Shown here: positions 23,095 to 32,958 of the stretch, one piece after another
Layout of the letters: each line of letters starts with the position of its first letter
How positions within the stretch are numbered: position 1 is the stretch's first letter
From: a virus
Taxonomy: Duplodnaviria > Caudoviricetes
Length of the DNA: 54,742 bases
Virus record (IMG/VR): IMGVR_UViG_3300037332_000228
Coordinates: 1 to 54,742 of that record
Direction: 5' to 3' (one strand)
The notes under the pieces: model-generated
What the model was told of the DNA's origin: nothing
Database searches by the model: none
The model's input: the letters and a program-made list of their open reading frames with translations, nothing else
Translations under genes and position numbers: made by a program

Positions 23095-23844
23095 ATGATT
23101 GAAGATAACCATAATGAAAAAGCGTATATTAAACATATGCTTACCCTATTAGGCCCGGGGAAAACAGTGGCCATTGTTGCAGATACATATGATGTGTATA
23201 ATTTTTGTAGATTAGTAGGGGAACTCAAGGTTCAAGTGATTGCATCCGGAGGCACTCTGGTTGTACGGCCAGACTCTGGTAATCCGGTTACTGTGCCAAT
23301 CGAAATCCTTGACATACTGTCAGAGCAGTTTGGCTATACAGTAAACAGCAAAGGGTTCAAGGTGTTAGCACAACGTGAAGATGGGTCCGCCATTGTGAAA
23401 GTCATCCAAGGTGATGGCCTTGATGTGGTCACCATGAAACAATTACTGGACAATGTGATTGAGGCTGGATACAGTGTGGAAAACATTGCGCTGGGCATGG
23501 GCGGCGGACTCTTGCAAAAAGTAGACCGTGACACTCTGAAATATGCCATGAAGGCTTCTGCCAGATGTGATTCAGATGGAGTGTGGCATGATGTATTCAA
23601 AGATCCTATTACTGATCCAGGTAAGACTTCCAAGAAAGGTCGGCTGGGACTGATCTACGAATGTGGAGTTGGTTCATGTGGTTACAGGACACTGCCCAAG
23701 AAATTTGCAGATGAAAAGAACAATCTGCTCCGTGAAGTATATCGCAATGGCAAATTGTTGATTGAAGATGACTTTGAAACGGTGCGAGTCCGCGGTGCAC
23801 TTGTTGAGTCCGAATATAATCCACAGATTTCTGAACGCTACTGA
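23095..23844 (+). CDS. nadV: nicotinamide phosphoribosyltransferase, C-terminal fragment
   Basis: Own GGAG RBS and ATG; VADTYD, VRPDSGNP, IQGDG, GMGGGLLQ, RDT and KDPITDPGK.SKKG motifs. Confidence 0.92.
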   Translation: MIEDNHNEKAYIKHMLTLLGPGKTVAIVADTYDVYNFCRLVGELKVQVIASGGTLVVRPDSGNPVTVPIEILDILSEQFGYTVNSKGFKVLAQREDGSAIVKVIQGDGLDVVTMKQLLDNVIEAGYSVENIALGMGGGLLQKVDRDTLKYAMKASARCDSDGVWHDVFKDPITDPGKTSKKGRLGLIYECGVGSCGYRTLPKKFADEKNNLLREVYRNGKLLIEDDFETVRVRGALVESEYNPQISERY

Positions 23845-23851
23845 ATCCAAA

Positions 23852-23881
23852 ATGGCCCAAATGGTTTTCTGTTTGGGCCAT
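23852..23881 (+). terminator. hairpin terminator
   Basis: ATGGCCCAAA...TTTGGGCCAT after the NAMPT-C stop. Confidence 0.6.
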
Positions 23882-24190
23882 CATGTCGGATGACATCACT
23901 AACAGCAAAGAAAACGGTAATTCAATGATAGCTACATTCCAACTAAAATTTGAAACTAGAATCCAGAGGTTTCTCTGGAAACTGGGACCCAAGAATAGAA
24001 AATACATTCTAAAATTATTTAGGGCATGGACACTGGAAGATGATTTATATGAAATCCTAGCTGAAGAAATACAAACTGAAATCAACAAAGAAATTATGGA
24101 AGTTTTGATGCGTGATCAATGATGTGCATTTGCTGACATCATACTCAATATTGGTAAATATGAACACACTCACATATCAGGATCAGCAGC

Positions 24191-24292
24191 ATGAGACTTT
24201 CAGAAATATCACAGATAAAATTCTACCACGGCAGCATGACAGAACTTGATGTTGGCACTGTGTTGAAACTGTTCGGACACGGACAAATCTGA
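24191..24292 (+). pseudogene. 33-aa remnant resembling the start of an ADP-ribosyltransferase-like (YHG) protein
   Basis: MRLSEISQIKFYHGSMTELDVGTVLK followed by an early stop; preceded by TAAATA and AGGA. Confidence 0.4.
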
Positions 24293-24342
24293 AAGAATCA
24301 GAATATAATCCACAACCAATTGAACGATTCTAAACAAAACCT

Positions 24343-24377
24343 AATAGTCCAAGTGGTCGTCTACTTGGACTATTTTT
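24343..24377 (+). terminator. intrinsic terminator
   Basis: AATAGTCCAAGT...ACTTGGACTATT followed by T-run. Confidence 0.8.
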
Positions 24378-24449
24378 GTGACAATAACAGTTGACATCAT
24401 GCTTTGTAGACTATAAAACTATATTAACAGCAACAAAGGAATATGTAAC

Positions 24450-25088
24450 ATGAAGATCGTAGCAACAAACAAAGATTTCAAAGTTGAGTTTAACCAGTCC
24501 TCAACATATTTCGTTACAGACAACAATGGAGATTGCTGGAAAACCTACAAGAGTGAAAAAGCCGCAATCAAATATATGGACAGTGTCGCATAACAGTTGC
24601 CAGTACAACGAAGGAAATTCAAATGGATCTCAAAACACTATTCAACGATGATGGCAATTTAAACTTCGACCCTAGGCGAGTGGGCCCAGACGATGCCCGG
24701 TATATGACACTGTTTGATGAAGAAGGTGCTTTGTTGTGTGGGATTGATCGTAAATTAAAAAAGCTTGTCAAGAACAACTCGTGGTCACCGTGGTGTGATG
24801 CAGTGGGGTTGGTCCATGCTGAACAGTTTTCGTGGGGCACCAAAGGAAAGTACACCACGATCTATTATTTTCGTTGATAATCAAAAGGTAAATGAAATGA
24901 ATGAATATGACCATGGTCGCAAAGATGTTCTTCTGGAACTGTTGACAAAGTTCAAGCCCTCACGTCCTGAACCCAGCGTGGATTGTAGCAACCCAGGTGA
25001 CATTGTGGATCATGCCACGTGGGCAAGTGACAACTATCACTATAATGCAATTCAAGATCTTCTTGACACCATGATGCGAACAGTGTAG
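24450..25088 (+). CDS. three small hypothetical proteins (24450..24593, 24623..24877, 24897..25088)
   Basis: AAGGA-type RBS; promoter TTGACA at 24391. Confidence 0.6.
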
Positions 25089-25300
25089 AACTATAATTAT
25101 GCATGTCCATAAAGTTCGTCGAACTCTACAGGTTTGCTAGTCGCTTCAATGAGGTTTGCCAAACGATTCCTTTGCAGGAACCATTCTGGTCTTATATCCT
25201 CTCCACGATTGTTGATGTCGGGTAATTCCTCCGACAATAGGCCATGAAAATTCTTCATGCCTTCTTTGTAAATGTTTTTGGCAGCATTTATGTCTCTGTC
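25089..25300 (-). ncRNA. putative omega/reRNA scaffold overlapping the tnpB 3' end (bounds approximate)
   Basis: Known position of TnpB omegaRNAs; minus-strand TTGAAGCG and terminal hairpin GTAGAGTTC-gac-GAACTTTAT. Confidence 0.55.
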
Positions 25301-26344
25301 ATGCTCAGTGTGGCAGGATGGACATGTCCAATCTCTTGTTCCAAGATCCAGCGCATCTAGCTTGTGACCACAACATGAACAGGTCTTGCTTGAGGCAAAG
25401 AACCTGTTCACTTTGCAAACTTCTTTGCCGTACCAATCAGCTTTGTATGCCATCATTCCAACTAAAGTCGACCACGAAACGTCTGCGATTGCCTTGCTGA
25501 GTTTCCTGTTTTTGATCATGTTTTTGACTGCAAGATCTTCAACGAAAATTGAATCGTAGTTGGTAACAACATAGTTACTGATCTGGTGATAATACCAGTT
25601 TCTCTGTCTGGTTATTTTCTCGTGTATTTTGGCAACTTTTAGCCGAGCCTGGTTGTATCTGTTGCTGCCTTTAGTCTTTCGTGACAAATGCTGTTGCATC
25701 TTCTTCAATTTCGCTTGAGTTTTGCGAAAATATTTTGGATTAGTAAATTTAGTGCCGTCAGATAGGATAGCAAGGTGGTTAATACCAAGATCAATCCCGA
25801 TATCCTTGCCTGTTTTAGGTTTTTCTTGTATTTCCTCACATACGAGAATCGATACATAATATTCGTTGGTTTTAGTCTTGGATAAGGTGACGCTTCTTAA
25901 CTCTCCAGTAAAAGTTCTGTCATAGACCACTTTAATTGGCGTCATCTTTGGGATCTTAATTGTACCTGCTTCGAAGTCTACTGCTTTGTTGTATGCCAGT
26001 GCTTGGCCAGGAATTCTCATCGAGTCTCTTGATACTCCCTTTTTCTTGAAATTTGGTCTGCCAGATTTTATCTTGCGTTTCTTGTTGAAAAACTGCTTGG
26101 TGGTTTCATAGAAGTCCATTCTTTTCTGTTGAATAGAATAGGAAATGCATTCCTTGAGCCAATCGTGTTCTGATTTCACATGAGCTTCCGACATATTTTT
26201 AACATGATCATCCGTGCCATAGTTGTTAAAGTTTGCAACCAACTGGTTCCAGACAAATCTTGCTGCACCGAAATTCCGATCGAGAGTACGTCTTTGATCA
26301 AAGGTCGGATAGATCCTGTATTTGTAGGCTTTATAAATAGACAT
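25097..26344 (-). mobile_element. tnpB: IS200/IS605-family TnpB RNA-guided nuclease, no adjacent TnpA
   Basis: KAYKYRIYP, GAARFVWN; RuvC GIDLG, VEDL and DRDINAA all intact; Zn finger CSCC..CPSC. Confidence 0.95.
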
Positions 26345-26421
26345 GTGCTGGTTGAGACCTTGAATAAGACTAGTGGCAATGGATATGTTCAGTATCGCGA
26401 TTGCCTATACCCTTATTTATA
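26345..26421 (-). promoter_or_regulatory. TATAAATA late-type promoter and structured leader of tnpB
   Basis: TATAAATA...GGCAAT-CGC-GATA-ctgaaca-TATC-C-ATTGCC on the minus strand. Confidence 0.65.
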
Positions 26422-26444
26422 TAAAATGTAACTTCGCTCTTAGA

Positions 26445-26490
26445 TGTGCAAATAACACTTGACATGTAGATGTGGATAGCATACAAACAT
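26445..26490 (+). repeat. promoter cassette, copy B1
   Basis: TGCAAATA.CA.TTGACATGT.GATGTG.ATAG, similar to 28114..28160. Confidence 0.65.
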
Positions 26491-26514
26491 GTTAGCAACA
26501 AAGGAATTGATAGA

Positions 26515-28131
26515 ATGGCAACTTTCACAAAATGGATTGACGCACTTGTTTCCGAAAAAGGTATTACTGGACGGACAATTGAAATTCAAGGTGCCAGCGG
26601 TGTTAATCATATGCCATTGGAAGTTGTAATTGACACCATCAAGCAGGCGCCAACGCACGAACAAGCACAAATCAAAAACATATTGATTGCAATTGATTTC
26701 AAGAATGGCGACATCATGCACTTCTTCAAACACCTTGCTGGCGCAATTGCAATTTAATTTTAGGAAGTATTATTATGACAATGATGATTCTAAAGATGGA
26801 AAACAATTCTTTTAACAGCGGCGGGGAATGTGTGTTCTTTGAAATGGCATACAGTCCTTCTCATCACTCTCCCCAACATTTGAAACATGTCATGAACTCT
26901 CATCCAGTCACTATTAAATATCGAGAAATGGGGTATGTAGGGCCTGTCATTGATTCGCAATATTTAAAGTCTTGGGAGCAGGAATACCTAGAAATGCAGG
27001 AAGCATTGAAGATTCCCAGACTTCAACCTAGATTTGCTACTATCTACAAAGAATCCATTATAAATTTACTTCGAGTAAAAGAATTGTATGAAGCCGGTAT
27101 GGTAATTGTTGAATCACATCCTCACTTGACCATTCAGTATGCGACATGGCAGGCTGAAGTGTTCAAATTGAATGATCAAAACAACAAAGAGAAGACAAAG
27201 AATGAAATTAAAAATTAAATGGCATCAAGGAAGTGAATGTCCAGAAAAGTACCAAGCCCAAGTAATCGACGATTTGATTAAAACATGTGAAAGGATGACT
27301 ACCGCCAGTGATCTCCTTGAGCATGTGATTATTTTAACAGATGATTTTGATGGTCCATCCGTATATGCGTATGGCGATCTTGATACTCTACAGTGTACAT
27401 ATTCTGAAAATACACCATGGGAGACACTTAATGAAATGGAAGACTAAATCCAAAATCAAAGAGGGTGAACGACGAACAAGAAAATTGTTTGCGTTCACTA
27501 CAACGGAACTCACTGACGGTAACACAGTGCTGTGGGAAACATATTGGGCACTTGAAGAATTCGCGAGTGGTGGAATGCCTGGTGATTTTTGGGTCATCAA
27601 AAAGACATGGGCAGTGGGAAATTAACATGAGGTGGACTGATGAAATCGGAAATATACTGTTTTCACAGATGCCAGGTGATACGGTAATATTAGACTGGCA
27701 TTCTAACTCTAACCTCGTCCCAGGTGACAAGATTAGAAGGGTATTGGATTGTATGGAAAAGAGAGCAATTATATGTGCAGCTGGACTCGATGAACTCAAC
27801 GAGCTTGAAAAGTTGGCAGTGGAACTACTACTTGATTCGGCATTTTTGAGAGAATATCATGACTGATTTAACATCACTACTGCCCAAACATAAGTCATCG
27901 CTTACTATTATTCACAATGATCACTTGAACTCGTACGAAACGGTTGAATGCTATTTGTCTGCGTTCGGTGACTTTAATAAACACGAATGGTATTCTCAGT
28001 CGGAGTACGACACTGCTGTAGAAACCAACGAACTCTGGGAAATTCACTGGTACCCTGATACCCCGATTAGGTCATATAAAATATATGGGTCAACTTTGGA
28101 AAATGCCCTCAGGTATGCAAATAGTATTTGA
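26515..28131 (+). CDS. cluster of hypothetical proteins (26515..26757, 26775..27218, ~27202..27447, ~27431..27625, ~27627..27866, 27859..28131)
   Basis: Co-oriented overlapping ORFs. Confidence 0.55.
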
Positions 28132-28160
28132 CATGTGGATGTGCATAGTGTATCAACTTA
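28114..28160 (+). repeat. promoter cassette, copy B2
   Basis: TTGACA at 28128-17-TATCAA; similar to B1. Confidence 0.65.
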
Positions 28161-28190
28161 TTAACAAACAAACAAACAAGGATGCACACA

Positions 28191-29000
28191 ATGACAACTG
28201 CAATTAAAATTGAAAAAACAGATGGTCGTATGAAGATTCTCCAGCGTGTTATGAACTTGCGCAACCGTGCAGAAGATGCAGGATCTTCAGAAGCCGAAAT
28301 GCATACTGCATTCACAATGGCCATGAAGCTGATGGATTCATATGGCATCGAAGAAGCAGAGTTGGCAATTGCAGAAGCCAGTGGTGAGATCAAATTGGAC
28401 GTGATCACCAAAGAAGCCAGTACTTCTTTGCGCAAGGGCAAAAGTCAGCTTCACAAAGTATTGAATTGTCTGAATGCAATTGCTGAATTTACTGAAACGC
28501 GGGCTGTATATACCAAACATACTGGGGCGGCAACATTCACAGGGCACCGCCCGGACATTGAACTTGCAGACTTTCTGGTTGCAGTAATCAAGGAAGCAAT
28601 GGATCGTGAATATCATAACTACCGTGCTCGCATGGGGACAGTTGGCAATGGTGCAAAGAACTCATTCCAAACAGCAATGACATACCGAGTAAGTGGTCGC
28701 TTGCGTGAAATGGCAGAGGAGCGTGTTCGTGAACGCCAAACAAACAAAATCAAAGCAGAGCGTCTGAAGATTGAGAATGCAGCAACCTCAACGTCAACTG
28801 CCATTATGGTGTCTGATATTGCAGAGCAGAAAGCCAAAGAAGTAGAGTCTGAATTCAAAATGGCACACCCCCGTCTTCGCACTGTTCGGACAGTTAGTCG
28901 TTCCACTAACTCAACAGCACATGGCGCAGGGTATACCGCTGGTGATCGTGTAAACCTTGGGCGCGCAATTACACAAGGGTCGACCAAGTCACTTGCGTAA
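28191..29000 (+). CDS. DUF2786-type protein
   Basis: L...AED.GSSEAE...A...A.KLM..YGI N-terminus; GY.AG..VNL C-terminus. Confidence 0.7.
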   Translation: MTTAIKIEKTDGRMKILQRVMNLRNRAEDAGSSEAEMHTAFTMAMKLMDSYGIEEAELAIAEASGEIKLDVITKEASTSLRKGKSQLHKVLNCLNAIAEFTETRAVYTKHTGAATFTGHRPDIELADFLVAVIKEAMDREYHNYRARMGTVGNGAKNSFQTAMTYRVSGRLREMAEERVRERQTNKIKAERLKIENAATSTSTAIMVSDIAEQKAKEVESEFKMAHPRLRTVRTVSRSTNSTAHGAGYTAGDRVNLGRAITQGSTKSLA

Positions 29001-29037
29001 TAAATAGGCAACACTTTCATTCAAAAAGGAAAATAAT

Positions 29038-30954
29038 ATGAAAATTGGGATTAGCACGGTCCTCGGCGTTTCGGTAATTGAAATTGATTATATGGAAACC
29101 GCAGATCTCATTACAAGGATTAGTGCAATGGCAGACAGTGATGAACTTGCTCACTGGGGTGGGATTATCACAGACCTGGGTGAACTAGATGATGCAGAGG
29201 AGACTGGCCTGTTTATCACCATGGATCAGGCCAAAGCGGCCATGGTGAAATTGATGAACATGACACACCATAACACATTGAATGATGACGATTTCTTGGA
29301 TGTCTGGCAGAATGATCTGAATCTTTTCTAAATTGCACTTGACAACATGTTGCAAGTTGTGTTATTCATTAGTTGAAATACAGGAGAACGTGATATGCTG
29401 CATGCGATTGATTCAACAGGTTGGGACACATTCACATCTTGGTGTGTCCCAACAGTGATCAGTTTTCTTTCTGGGATTCCTCTGATTCATTCTCACTCTC
29501 GAGCCGCTTTTATCCAAGACAAGACATTAAAGGAAGTTAAGGGCGTATACGCGGCGGAGGCACTGTTGATGCTCAGAGAACAGGGATACAAAGGTGAGAG
29601 AGTTGATCTCAGCAGCCGGTACAATGATGCCCCCAGACTTAAGAAATTTCTCGAAGGTCGTACATCATGGGAGAAGGTCATGCCCCTAATGATTCAAATT
29701 GAGGATTCCAAAGGGTTTTGTCATATGATTGCAAGTCACTTTGAGTATGCCGCTGACAACCATACAATGAAGCCTGTAACAATTGATAAATTCCCACACC
29801 TTAACAAATATGTGACATCAGCTTGGGTTGTGTCAAAACTTTAATGGAGAATACTATGAAACTACTTTTAGGACTACTGGCTATTCTTATGGTTACGTTC
29901 GTGCCATTTGTACTGATCTGGGCGGTGAACACTTTGTTTCCGATTGCTGCCATCCCGTTCACACTTGAGACTTGGTTGGCTGCACTTGTGATCGGCTCCC
30001 TGTTTAGTAAAACCACTTACAGTAAATAATGGAGAACACAATGAATCGACATAAATTGGACGGCAATGCAATTGCAGCAGATGCCCACTATGCACAAACC
30101 ACAGTAGCCGATGATGCAATGAACATTCTCGAAGCACTATCCAATTCAGAATTTGAAGATATTGCACGGGATCTGTCAGATTCTGACGATGATTTTGATT
30201 ATTCTGCACCAGAAGATGCTGTACTTGATTATATCGTTGCCAATATTGGGTTGTTTGTTCCGAACTTTGAAGAATAGTAGATAGCACATGGACAATAAAA
30301 TGACACCACAGTCGCCCGCAGAGGGAATTCTAAAAACTGGTGATTGGGGAGATTCCATATCGTATCATGTTGTATGTGAATGTACGGATGATGATTGCTC
30401 ACACTCAGTTGAGGTTGAAGCAGACGACCATTCAGTCACTGTGTACATCTACACCAATCATCGTACCAAATTTTGGGAGAAATCACGGTGGTCACAGATC
30501 TGGCAAATTCTCACAAAGGGATATGCAGAATACCAAACCACTACTATCATGAGCCAACAGACTGCAATCAATTATTCTGCTGCTCTCACTTCAGCATCAA
30601 ACGATGTAACTGAATTTAAAAGAAAGAGACAAAATGAAACTGTATAAGTATGAAGAAGATTTTGGAAGAATGGGTTCCTTGGATGGTCTGTTCTTTGCAA
30701 CAGACGATGAATACACTTACTTCATGGGTAGAACAATCTGGCAAGGTGATATCCTCGGCAAACATTCACAAATCCAACTTGACTTTGACAAAACCACTGT
30801 AACAGAAGTCAAACTTAGTCAAACTACAATTGACGAGATGTTCGCAGTGTTCGGGTCACATGTTTCTGGGGTTTCACCCTTGTATAATTTTGATCAGTGG
30901 GCAGAGGAAGATGAGGAATCTGATGATGAGGAAGATGAATCAGAAGATGAATAA
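29038..30954 (+). CDS. cluster of hypothetical proteins (29038..29331, 29395..29844, ~29857..30029, ~30041..30277, 30288..30647, 30634..30954)
   Basis: RBS-led co-oriented ORFs; promoter TTGACA at 29339. Confidence 0.6.
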
Positions 30955-31150
30955 AATATTGAGGTTTCTAAAATTATGGGCATTGATTGTTGTGGCCATA
31001 ATTTCATTGTTCGCGGTTGTCATTATATCTATTTCAATAATAGCATGGACTCTACCTGTAATAAATCCATTCAACTGGGCCATGCTGCGACTATTTGTAG
31101 TGTTTGGGTTTATCCTTGCCAGTCTAATATCAGTGATGGATCGGTGTTAA
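30947..31150 (+). CDS. small two-TM membrane protein
   Basis: Hydrophobic ORF overlapping the previous stop. Confidence 0.55.
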   Translation: MNKILRFLKLWALIVVAIISLFAVVIISISIIAWTLPVINPFNWAMLRLFVVFGFILASLISVMDRC

Positions 31151-31163
31151 TAGGAAAAATGAC

Positions 31164-31428
31164 ATGATAATTAATTGGTGTAAAGTTGGAGCCGCGCTTG
31201 AAAGGTCCTTTTTGCCTGTCCTAGGGTTTTTGGTATTAATACTGATTCTAATTTTTTCTATGGTTCGTTTCACTTTTTATCTTTGTCGTAGTATGGGTGC
31301 TGTCCACGTGGCTTGTGCCAACCATGCCTGTTCTCATGATTAAAATAGTGACGGGAGTCATCAGTCTGTTCATTGGTGTAAATGCATTTGTGATTTGGTA
31401 CAAGCTTTTCGTTCATTGGGATGGTTAA
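31164..31428 (+). pseudogene. small membrane protein frameshifted in a T6 run (31252..31257)
   Basis: Removing one T gives a continuous hydrophobic ORF MIINW...LILILIFLWFVSLF...HWDG. Confidence 0.55.
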
Positions 31429-31534
31429 ATTATCAATGACTGACGGTTACTACTATATTATTACTTGACACCACGTTATTGATTATAATATAATATAGTA
31501 TGTGGACATTACTCAATGAAATAGGATACATGAC

Positions 31535-31762
31535 ATGCCCAGTGATACAAATTTTCTAGATTCATTCAATCGAGCGTTAATCATTGCCATCAGTCTAAAA
31601 TTCTTGTTAGTGGGATTGGCACTTTTTGTATTTTACAGTTGTGTTTTTGTCTTGATTCTGTCTGTATTCATTCAATCACAGATCATACTGAATGTAATCA
31701 CTGCAATTGTTATAATCATTAATGCAATAATTGCTGTTCTTTGCCTGTGTATTTTGGTATGA
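31535..31762 (+). CDS. small membrane protein
   Basis: Hydrophobic ORF with AGGA RBS. Confidence 0.55.
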   Translation: MPSDTNFLDSFNRALIIAISLKFLLVGLALFVFYSCVFVLILSVFIQSQIILNVITAIVIIINAIIAVLCLCILV

Positions 31763-31871
31763 ATACACAACGGGTCGTCGTTGAAATATACCAAGTAATA
31801 TGTGCATAGCTAATGCGAATTGAGTCAATATTAAAGAACTATTCAGAAATGCAATTCAAAGGATAAAGGCA

Positions 31872-32834
31872 ATGACTAAATTTAAGAAATTTACCTCAAT
31901 TGAGAAGTTTTCAGATGTATGGGCTAAGGCCCAGAAATACAATGTTGGCAAAGTACAACTACGATCCAAGATAAAACTGCATGGGACTAATGCAGGCGTC
32001 CGTATTGTAGACGGGGTGTTTACTGCGCAGAAACGTACCAGTGACATTACTCCACTCTCTGACAATGCAGGGTTTGCATTCTGGGCATCAAACATCCAAT
32101 GGAAAACAAAACAGGACGTGATCATGTATGGTGAATGGGCCGGACCAGGTGTACAAAAATCGGATGCAATCTCACTTATTGATCGCAAACGATTCTTTGT
32201 GTTTGGTATTTTGATGCTGGACGTTGATGAAGACAAAAACAACTACATTATTTGTCCTGACATCATTTCCAAATATCTACCTGACGATCCAAATATCATG
32301 AGCATCCCTTGGCATGGGGAACCCATGTTGCTGGACAGTGACAATGTGGGGACAGCCAGAGCAATCCAAACCATAGTTGAAGAGCAGGTTCACGCAATCG
32401 GCGATGAAGATCCGTATGTAAAAGAACAGTTTGGTATTTCTGGAGTCGGCGAGGGTCTAGTCATTGCTCCCTATAATGAATCGGGAATTATCAACCAGGC
32501 TTACTATAATACCTATGTCTTCAAAGTAAAATCAGAAGCGCATATGGTTAAGAAAACCAAGTCTGCTGCTCACATCCAAACAGAAGTACCAGATTCAGTA
32601 AAGAACTTTGCCCGAGACTTTGTCACTGATGTGCGTTGCCAACAAATGATCGACGAATATTGTGAAGGATCAATGTCTCCCAAGTCAATTGGTACATTTC
32701 TAAAGAATATCAATGCAGATATCCTGAAGGAGTCAACTAATGAGCTTGCGGGCATGGATGTTGAATGGAAGCAAGTAGCAAAGGAAATTAACAAGCGGGC
32801 GCTATCCTGGTTCCAAGAACAGAATCGAGTTTGA
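31872..32834 (+). CDS. RNA ligase, Rnl2-like
   Basis: Motif I KLHGTNA, YGEWAG, GEGLV and FKVK nucleotidyltransferase motifs. Confidence 0.8.
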   Translation: MTKFKKFTSIEKFSDVWAKAQKYNVGKVQLRSKIKLHGTNAGVRIVDGVFTAQKRTSDITPLSDNAGFAFWASNIQWKTKQDVIMYGEWAGPGVQKSDAISLIDRKRFFVFGILMLDVDEDKNNYIICPDIISKYLPDDPNIMSIPWHGEPMLLDSDNVGTARAIQTIVEEQVHAIGDEDPYVKEQFGISGVGEGLVIAPYNESGIINQAYYNTYVFKVKSEAHMVKKTKSAAHIQTEVPDSVKNFARDFVTDVRCQQMIDEYCEGSMSPKSIGTFLKNINADILKESTNELAGMDVEWKQVAKEINKRALSWFQEQNRV

Positions 32835-32861
32835 ATCCAAATTCATTGCTGGATTCAAACT
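32828..32861 (+). terminator. hairpin at end of RNA ligase gene
   Basis: AGTTTGAATCCA...TGGATTCAAACT. Confidence 0.55.
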
Positions 32862-32958
32862 GATAAATAGTGTTATAATGAATTTGACTGCATATATATA
32901 TCATCTTGGTGAGTTCAAGAACCAGTCAGATCAAAAATCACACAAGGAAACAATCGTA

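Noticed and set aside
21700-23110. Group I intron or intein in NAMPT
   Set aside because: Only 37 bp and 1 bp flank the endonuclease ORF; no P7/Q-R-S core or intein termini are recognisable, and the C-half has its own RBS. RT-PCR is needed to exclude splicing fully.
30905-30950. GAAGAT/GAGGAA low-complexity repeat
   Set aside because: It simply encodes an acidic protein tail (EEDEESDDEEDESEDE).
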